NCBI RefSeq assembly: GCF_009914755.1
Contig: NC_060943.1
Strand: one strand, 5' to 3'
From: the human T2T-CHM13v2.0 reference genome, Homo sapiens
Length of the DNA: 64,000 bases
Shown: one piece after another, positions 56,001-64,000 of the stretch
Numbering within the stretch: position 1 is the first letter of the stretch
Layout: every line of letters starts with the position of its first letter
Notes under the pieces: model-generated
What the model was told of the DNA's origin: nothing
The model's database searches: none
What the model saw: only the letters and a program-made list of their open reading frames with translations
Program-made: the position numbers and the translations under genes

Positions 56001-59000
56001 ACTCACAGAGTTGAACGATCCTTTACACAGAGCAGACTTGAAACACTCTTTTTGTGGAATTTGCAAGTGGAGATTTCAGCCGCTTTGAGGTCAATGTTAG
56101 AATAGGAAATATCTTCCTATAGAAACTAGACAGAATGATTCTCAGAACCTCCTTTGTGATGTGTGCGTTCAACTCACAGAGTTTAACCTTTCTTTTCATA
56201 GAGCAGTTAGGAAACACTCTGTTTGTAAAGTCTGCAAGTGGATATTCAGACATCCTTGAGGCTTTCGTTGGAAACGGGATTTCTTCATATTCTGCTAGAA
56301 AGAAGAATTCTCAGTAACTTCCTTGTGTTGTGTGTATTCAACTCACAGAGTTGAACGATCCTTTACACAGAGCAGACTTGAAACACTCTTTTTGTGGAAT
56401 TTGCCAAGTGGAGATTTCAGCCGCTTTGAGGTCAATGGTAGAATAGGAAATATCTTCATATAGAAACTAGACAGAATGATTCTCAGAAACTCCTTTGTGA
56501 TGTGTGCGTTCAACTCACACAGTTTAACCTTTCTTTTCATAGAGCAGTTAGGAAACACTCTGTTTGTAAAGTCTGCAAGTGGATATTCAGACATCCTTGA
56601 GGCTTTCGTTGGAAACGGGATTTCTTCATATTCTGCTAGAAAGAAGAATTCTCAGTAACTTCCTTGTGTTGTGTGTATTCAACTCACAGAGTTGAACGAT
56701 CCTTTACACAGAGCAGACTTGAAACACTCTTTTTGTGGAATTTGCCAAGTGGAGATTTCAGCCGCTTTGAGGTCAATGGTAGAATAGGAAATATCTTCAT
56801 ATAGAAACTAGACAGAATGATTCTCAGAAACTCCTTTGTGATGTGTGCGTTCAACTCACACAGTTTAACCTTTCTTTTCATAGAGCAGTTAGGAAACACT
56901 CTGTTTGTAAAGTCTGCAAGTGGATATTCAGACCTCCTTGAGGCATTCGTTGGAAACGGGATTTCTTCATATTATGCTAGACAGAAGAATTCTCAGTAAC
57001 TTCCTTGTGTTGTGTGTATTCAACTCACAGAGTTGAACGATCCTTTACACAGAGCAGACTTGAAACACTCTTTTTGTGGAATTTGCAAGTGGAGATTTCA
57101 GCCGCTTTGAGGTCAATGTTAGAATAGGAAATATCTTCCTATAGAAACTAGACAGAATGATTCTCAGAACCTCCTTTGTGATGTGTGCGTTCAACTCACA
57201 GAGTTTAACCTTTCTTTTCATAGAGCAGTTAGGAAACACTCTGTTTGTAAAGTCTGCAAGTGGATATTCAGACATCCTTGAGGCTTTCGTTGGAAACGGG
57301 ATTTCTTCATATTCTGCTAGAAAGAAGAATTCTCAGTAACTTCCTTGTGTTGTGTGTATTCAACTCACAGAGTTGAACGATCCTTTACACAGAGCAGACT
57401 TGAAACACTCTTTTTGTGGAATTTGCAAGTGGAGATTTCAGCCGCTTTGAGTTCAATGGTAGAATAGGAAATATCTTCCTATAGAAACTAGACAGAATGA
57501 TTCTCAGAAACTCCTTTGTGATGTGTGCGTTCAACTCACAGAGTTCAACCTTTCTTTTCATAGAGCAGTTGGGAAACACTCTGTTTGTAAAGTCTGCAAG
57601 TGGATATTCAGACTTCTTTGAGGCCTTCGTTGGAAGCGGGATTTCTTCATGTTCTGCTAGACAGAAGAATTCTCAGAAACTTCCTTGTGTTGTGTGTTTT
57701 CAACTCACAGAGTTGAACGATCCTTTACACAGAGCAGACTTGAAACACTCTTTTTGTGGAATTTGCAAGTGGAGATTTCAGCCGCTTTGAGGTCAATGGT
57801 AGAATAGGAAATATCTTCCTATAGAAACTAGACAGAATGATTCTCAGAAACTCCTTTGTGATGTGTGCGTTCAACTCACAGAGTTTAACCTTTCTTTTCA
57901 TAGAGCAGTTAGGAAACACTCTGTTTGTAAAATCTGCAAGTAGATATTCAGACATCTATGAGGCCTTCGTTGGAAACGGGATTTCTTCATGTTCTGCTAG
58001 ACAGAAGAATTCTCAGAAACTTCCTTGTGTTGTGTGTTTTCAACTCACAGAGTTGAACGATGCTTTACACAGAGTAGACCTGAAACACTCTTTTTGTGTA
58101 ATTTGCAAGTGGAGATTTCAGCCGCTTTGAGGTCAATGGTAGAAAAGGAAATATCTTCGTATAAAAACTAGACAGAATGATTCTCAGAAACTCCTTTGTG
58201 ATGTGTGCGTTCAACTCACAGAGTTTAACCTTTCTTTTCATAGAGCAGTTAGGAAACACTCTGTTTGTAAAGTCTGCAAGTGGATATTCAGACATCCTTG
58301 AGGCTTTCGTTGGAAACGGGATTTCTTCATATTCTGCTAGAAAGAAGAATTCTCAGTAACTTCCTTGTGTTGTGTGTATTCAACTCACAGAGTTGAACGA
58401 TCCTTTACACTCAGCAGACTTGAAACACTCTTTTTGTGGAATTTGCAAGTGGAGATTTCAGCCGCTTTGAGGTCAATGGTAGAATAGGAAATATCTTCCT
58501 ATAGAAACTAGACAGAATGATTCTCAGAAACTCCTTTGTGATGTGTGCGTTCAACTCACAGAGTTTATCCTTTCTTTTCATAGAGCAGTTAGGAAACACT
58601 CTGTTTGTAAAGTCTGCATGTGGATATTCAGACATCTTTGAGGCCTTCGTTGGAAACGGGATTTCTTCATGTTCTGCTAGACAGAAGAATTCTCAGAAAC
58701 TTCCTTGTGTTGTGTGTTTTCAACTCACAGAGTTGAACGATGCTTTACACAGAGTAGACTTGAAACACTCTTTTTGTGTAATTTGCAAGTGGAGATTTCA
58801 GCCGCTTTGAGGTCAATGGTAGAAAAGGAAATATCTTCGTATAAAAACTAGACAGAATGATTCTCAGAAACTCCTTTGTGATGTGTGCGTTCAACTCACA
58901 GAGTTTAACCTTTCTTTTCATAGAGCAGTTAGGAAACACTCTGTTTGTAAAGTCTGCAAGTGGATATTCAGACCTCCTTGAGGACTTCGTTGGAAACGGG

Positions 59001-59806
59001 ATTTCTTCATATTATGCTAGACAGAAGAATTCTCAGTAACTTCCTTGTGTTGTGTGTATTCAACTCACAGAGTTGAACGATCCTTTACACAGAGCAGACT
59101 TGAAACACTCTTTTTGTGGAATTTGCAAGTGGAGATTTCAGCCGCTTTGAGGTCAATGGTAGAATAGGAAATATCTTCATATAGAAACTAGACAGAATGA
59201 TTCTCAGAAACTCCTTTGTGATGTGTGCGTTCAACTCACACAGTTTAACCTTTCTTTTCATAGAGCAGTTAGAAAACACTCTGTTTGTAAAGTCTGCAAG
59301 TGGATATTCAGACCTCCTTGAGGCATTCGTTGGAAACGGGATTTCTTCATATTATGCTAGACAGAAGAATTCTCAGTAACTTCCTTGTGTTGTGTGTATT
59401 CAACTCACAGAGTTGAACGATCCTTTACACAGAGCAGACTTGAAACACTCTTTTTGTGGAATTTGCAAGTGGAGATTTCAGCCGCTTTGAGGTCAATGTT
59501 AGAATAGGAAATATCTTCCTATAGAAACTAGACAGAATGATTCTCAGAACCTCCTTTGTGATGTGTGCGTTCAACTCACAGAGTTTAACCTTTCTTTTCA
59601 TAGAGCAGTTAGGAAACACTCTGTTTGTAAAGTCTGCAAGTGGATATTCAGACATCCTTGAGGCTTTCGTTGGAAACGGGATTTCTTCATATTCTGCTAG
59701 AAAGAAGAATTCTCAGTAACTTCCTTGTGTTGTGTGTATTCAACTCACAGAGTTGAACGATCCTTTACACAGAGCAGACTTGAAACACTCTTTTTGTGGA
59801 ATTTGC
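50006..59806 (+). repeat. Tandem triplication of a 10-dimer unit (3402 bp x ~2.9)
   Basis: Dimers 50013/53415/56817, 51033/54435/57837 (private CTATGAG), 52393/55795/59197 (private TTAGAAAA) and 52733/56135/59537 repeat at +3402. Match is bounded by G at 50005 and by the missing C insertion at 59806. Confidence 0.94.
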
Positions 59807-62199
59807 AAGTGGAGATTTCAGCCGCTTTGAGTTCAATGGTAGAATAGGAAATATCTTCCTATAGAAACTAGACAGAATGATTCTCAGAAACTCCTTTGTG
59901 ATGTGTGCGTTCAACTCACAGAGTTTAACCTTTCTTTTCATAGAGCAGTTGGGAAACACTCTGTTTGTAAAGTCTGCAAGTGGATATTCAGACATCCTTG
60001 AGGCTTTCGTTGGAAACGGGATTTCTTCATATTCTGCTAGAAAGAAGAATTCTCAGTAACTTCCTTGTGTTGTGTGTATTCAACTCACAGAGTTGAACGA
60101 TCCTTTACACAGAGCAGACTTGAAACACTCTTTTTGTGGAATTTGCAAGTGGAGATTTCAGCCGCTTTGAGGTCAATGGTAGAATAGGAAATATCTTCCT
60201 ATAGAAACTAGACAGAATGATTCTCAGAAACTCCTTTGTGATGTGTGCGTTCAACTCACAGAGTTCAACCTTTCTTTTAATAGAGCAGTTGGGAAACACT
60301 CTGTTTGTAAAGTCTGCAAGTGGATATTCAGACTTCTTTGAGGCCTTCGTTGGAAGCGGGATTTCTTCATATTCGGCTAGACAGAAGAATTCTCAGTAAC
60401 TTCCTTGTGTTGTGTGTATTCAACTCACAGAGTTGAACGATCCTTTACACAGAGCAGACTTGAAACACTCTTTTTGTGGAATTTGCAAGTGGAGATTTCA
60501 GCCGCTTTGAGGTCAATGGTAGAATAGGAAATATCTTCCTATAGAAATTAGACAGAATGATTCTCAGAAACTCCTTTGTGATGTGTGCGTTCAACTCACA
60601 GAGTTTAACCTTTCTTTTCATAGAGCAGTTGGGAAACACTCTGTTTGTAAAGTCTGCAAGTGGATATTCAGACATCCTTGAGGCTTTCGTTGGAAACGGG
60701 ATTTCTTCATATTCTGCTAGAAAGAAGAATTCTCAGTAACTTCCTTGTGTTGTGTGTATTCAACTCACAGAGTTGAACGATCCTTTACACAGAGCAGACT
60801 TGAAACACTCTTTTTGCGGAATTTGCAAGTGGAGATTTCAGCCGCTTTGAGGTCAATGGTAGAATAGGAAATATCTTCCTATAGAAACTAGACAGAATGA
60901 TTCTCAGAAACTCCTTTGTGATGTGTGCGTTCAACTCACACAGTTTAACCTTTCTTTTCATAGAGCAGTTAGGAAACACTCTGTTTGTAAAGTCTGCAAG
61001 TGGATATTCAGACCTCCTTGAGGCCTTCGTTGGAAACGGGATTTCTTCATATTATGCTAGACAGAAGAATTCTCAGTAACTTCCTTGTGTTGTGTGTATT
61101 CAACTCACAGAGTTGAACGATCCTTTACACAGAGCAGACTTGAAACACTCTTTTTGTGGAATTTGCAAGTGGAGATTTCAGCCGGTTTGAGTTCAATGGT
61201 AGAATAGGAAATATCTTCCTATAGAAACTAGACAGAATGATTCTCAGAAACTCCTTTGTGATGTGTGCGTTCAACTCACAGAGTTCAACCTTTCTTTTCA
61301 TAGAGCAGTTGGGAAACACTCTGTTTGTAAAGTCTGCAAGTGGATATTCAGACTTCTTTGAGGCCTTCGTTGGAAGCGGGATTTCTTCATGTTCTGCTAG
61401 ACAGAAGAATTCTCAGTAACTTCCTTGTGTTGTGTGTATTCAACTCACAGAGTTGAACGATCCTTTACACAGAGCAGACTTGAAACACTCTTTTTGTGGA
61501 ATTTGCAAGTGGAGATTTCAGCCGCTTTGAGGTCAATGGTAGAATAGGAAATATCTTCCTATAGAAACTAGACAGAATGATTCTCAGAAACTCCTTTGTG
61601 ATGTGTGCGTTCAACTCACAGAGTTTAACCTTTCTTTTCATAGCGCAGTTGGGAAACACTCTGTTTGTAAAGTCTGCAAGTGGATATTCAGACATCCTTG
61701 AGGCTTTCGTTGGAAACGGGATTTGTTCATATTCTGCTAGAAAGAAGAATTCTCAGTAACTTCCTTGTGTTGTGTGTATTCAACTCACAGAGTTGAACGA
61801 TCCTTTACACAGAGCAGACTTGAAACACTCTTTTTGTGGAATTTGCAAGTGGAGATTTCAGCCGCTTTGAGGTCAATGGTAGAATAGGAAATATCTTCCT
61901 ATAGAAACTAGACAGAATGATTCTCAGAAACTCCTTTGTGATGTGTGCGTTCAACTCACAGAGTTTAACCTTTCTTTTCATAGAGCAGTTGGGAAACACT
62001 CTGTTTGTAAAGTCTGCAAGTGGATATTCAGACATCCTTGAGGCTTTCGTTGGAAACGGGATTTCTTCATATTCTGCTAGAAGGAAGAATTCTCAGTAAC
62101 TTCCTTGTGTTGTGTGTATTCAACTCACAGAGTTGAACGATCCTTTATACAGAGCAGACTTGAAACACTCTTTTTGTGGAATTTGCAAGTGGAGATTTC

Positions 62200-64000
62200 A
62201 GCCGCTTTGAGGTCAATGGTAGAAAAGGAAATATCTTCGTATAAAAACTAGACAGAATGATTCTCAGAAACTCCTTTGTGATGTGTGCGTTCAACTCACA
62301 GAGTTTAACCTTTCTTTTCATAGAGCAGTTAGGAAACACTCTGTTTGTAAAGTCTGCAAGTGGATATTCAGACCTCCTTGAGGCCTTCGTTGGAAACGGG
62401 ATTTCTTCATATTATGCTAGACAGAAAAATTCTCAGAAACTTCCTTGTGTTGTGTGTATTCAACTCACAGAGTTGAACGATCCTTTACACAGAGCAGACT
62501 TGAAACACTCTTTTTGTGGAATTTGCAAGTGGAGATTTCAGCCGCTTTGAGGTCAATGGTAGAATAGGAAATATCTTCATATAGAAACTAGACAGAATGA
62601 TTCTCAGAAACTCCTTTGTGATGTGTGCGTTCAACTCACACAGTTTAACCTTTCTTTTCATAGAGCAGTTAGGAAACACTCTGTTTGTAAAGTCTGCAAG
62701 TGGATATTCAGACCTCCTTGAGGCATTCGTTGGAAACGGGATTTCTTCATATTATGCTAGACAGAAGAATTCTCAGTAACTTCCTTGTGTTGTGTGTATT
62801 CAACTCACAGAGTTGAACGATCCTTTACACAGAGCAGACTTGAAACACTCTTTTTGTGGAATTTGCAAGTGGAGATTTCAGCCGCTTTGAGGTCAATGTT
62901 AGAATAGGAAATATCTTCCTATAGAAACTAGACAGAATGATTCTCAGAACCTCCTTTGTGATGTGTGCGTTCAACTCACAGAGTTTAACCTTTCTTTTCA
63001 TAGAGCAGTTAGGAAACACTCTGTTTGTAAAGTCTGCAAGTGGATATTCAGACATCCTTGAGGCTTTCGTTGGAAACGGGATTTCTTCATATTCTGCTAG
63101 AAAGAAGAATTCTCAGTAACTTCCTTGTGTTGTGTGTATTCAACTCACAGAGTTGAACGAACCTTTATACAGAGCAGACTTGAAACACTCTTTTTGTGGA
63201 ATTTGCAAGTGGAGATTTCAGCCGCTTTGAGTTCAATGGTAGAAAAGGAAATATCTTCGTATAAAAACTAGACAGAATGATTCTCAGAAACTCCTTTGTG
63301 ATGTGTGCGTTCAACTCACAGAGTTTAACCTTTCTTTTCATAGAGCAGTTAGGAAACACTCTGTTTGTAAAGTCTGCAAGTGGATATTCAGACCTCCTTG
63401 AGGACTTCGTTGGAAACGGGATTTCTTCATATTATGCTAGACAGAAGAATTCTCAGTAACTTCCTTGTGTTGTGTGTATTCAACTCACAGAGTTGAACGA
63501 TCCTTTACACAGAGCAGACTTGAAACACTCTTTTTGTGGAATTTGCCAAGTGGAGATTTCAGCCGCTTTGAGGTCAATGGTAGAATAGGAAATATCTTCA
63601 TATAGAAACTAGACAGAATGATTCTCAGAAACTCCTTTGTGATGTGTGCGTTCAACTCACACAGTTTAACCTTTCTTTTCATAGAGCAGTTAGGAAACAC
63701 TCTGTTTGTAAAGTCTGCAAGTGGATATTCAGACCTCCTTGAGGCATTCGTTGGAAACGGGATTTCTTCATATTATGCTAGACAGAAGAATTCTCAGTAA
63801 CTTCCTTGTGTTGTGTGTATTCAACTCACAGAGTTGAACGATCCTTTACACAGAGCAGACTTGAAACACTCTTTTTGTGGAATTTGCAAGTGGAGATTTC
63901 AGCCGCTTTGAGGTCAATGTTAGAATAGGAAATATCTTCCTATAGAAACTAGACAGAATGATTCTCAGAACCTCCTTTGTGATGTGTGCGTTCAACTCAC
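62200..64000 (+). repeat. Dispersed copy of ~44515-46315 (offset 17685 bp)
   Basis: 62257/44572, 62597/44912, 62937/45252, 63277/45592, 63618/45933 and 63958/46273 carry the same markers in the same order. One noted difference at 62427 (EcoRI site lost). Confidence 0.88.

Larger units (their letters stand above)
1..64000 (+). repeat. Centromeric alpha-satellite array, SF1 dimeric 340-bp repeat (D1Z7/D5Z2/D19Z3-like), ~188 dimers, extends beyond both window edges
   Basis: Anchor AATGATTCTCAGAAACT recurs every ~340 bp (2082, 2422, 2762 ... 63618, 63958). A related anchor AAGAATTCTCAG lies 169 bp downstream, giving 169+171 bp monomers. Typical alphoid motifs (TTCAACTCACAGAGTT, GAAACACTCTTTTTGT, TGCAAGTGGATATT) are present, with a CENP-B box in alternate monomers. 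Family assignment is from recognition. The chromosome cannot be fixed by eye. Confidence 0.98.

Noticed and set aside
7521-59806. A preferred 10-dimer (~3.4 kb) duplication length, seen twice (3400 and 3402 bp)
   Set aside because: Only two cases among many offsets (1, 2, 4, 5, 8, 14, 16, 24, 25 dimers), which is compatible with chance.
1886-62432. EcoRI site gains and losses (gains ~1886, ~5001, ~8005, ~11405; losses ~1913, ~6673, ~9732, ~62427)
   Set aside because: These are ordinary point variants, useful only as markers.
49-63800. Hundreds of 60-111 aa ORFs on both strands (MILRNSF..., MFPNCSM..., MSEYPL...)
   Set aside because: They are chance open frames of the satellite unit repeated every 340 bp. 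Stops and frameshifts occur freely, there is no recognisable domain, and there is no sign of coding constraint.
1-64000. CRISPR-like or other prokaryotic repeat system
   Set aside because: There are no unique spacers and no associated genes. The entire unit is repeated and is recognisable alpha-satellite.
1-64000. L1/Alu insertion, inversion or unique sequence hidden in the array
   Set aside because: Dimer spacing stays at 336-341 bp throughout and orientation never changes, leaving no room for an insert.
1-64000. Assignment to one chromosome (1, 5 or 19) or to the kinetochore/hypomethylated domain
   Set aside because: The three arrays share this repeat family. Alignment to T2T assemblies and chromatin or methylation data would be required.

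Overview
The whole 64 kb window is one uninterrupted, single-orientation array of primate (very likely human) centromeric alpha-satellite. It holds about 188 copies of a 340-bp dimer: a ~169-bp monomer with a CENP-B box plus a ~171-bp monomer with a pJalpha-like site, usually with one EcoRI site per dimer. This fits the suprachromosomal family 1 (J1/J2) dimer shared by chromosomes 1, 5 and 19 (D1Z7/D5Z2/D19Z3). There are no genes, RNA genes, transposon insertions, inversions or CRISPR arrays, and every listed ORF is a by-product of the repeat. I find no new gene system. The interesting content is the array's internal history, read from rare variants. It includes near-identical tandem duplications (8.5 kb x2, 2.7 kb x2, 3.4 kb x~2.9, an older partial 3.4-kb-offset copy), a cryptic three-dimer order, and relic 6-mer-type units. 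It also shows patchwork copying over 13-34 kb and a more diverged, CENP-B-box-damaged first ~15 kb. All comparisons were made by eye with the ORF track as a guide, so counts need confirmation by alignment.
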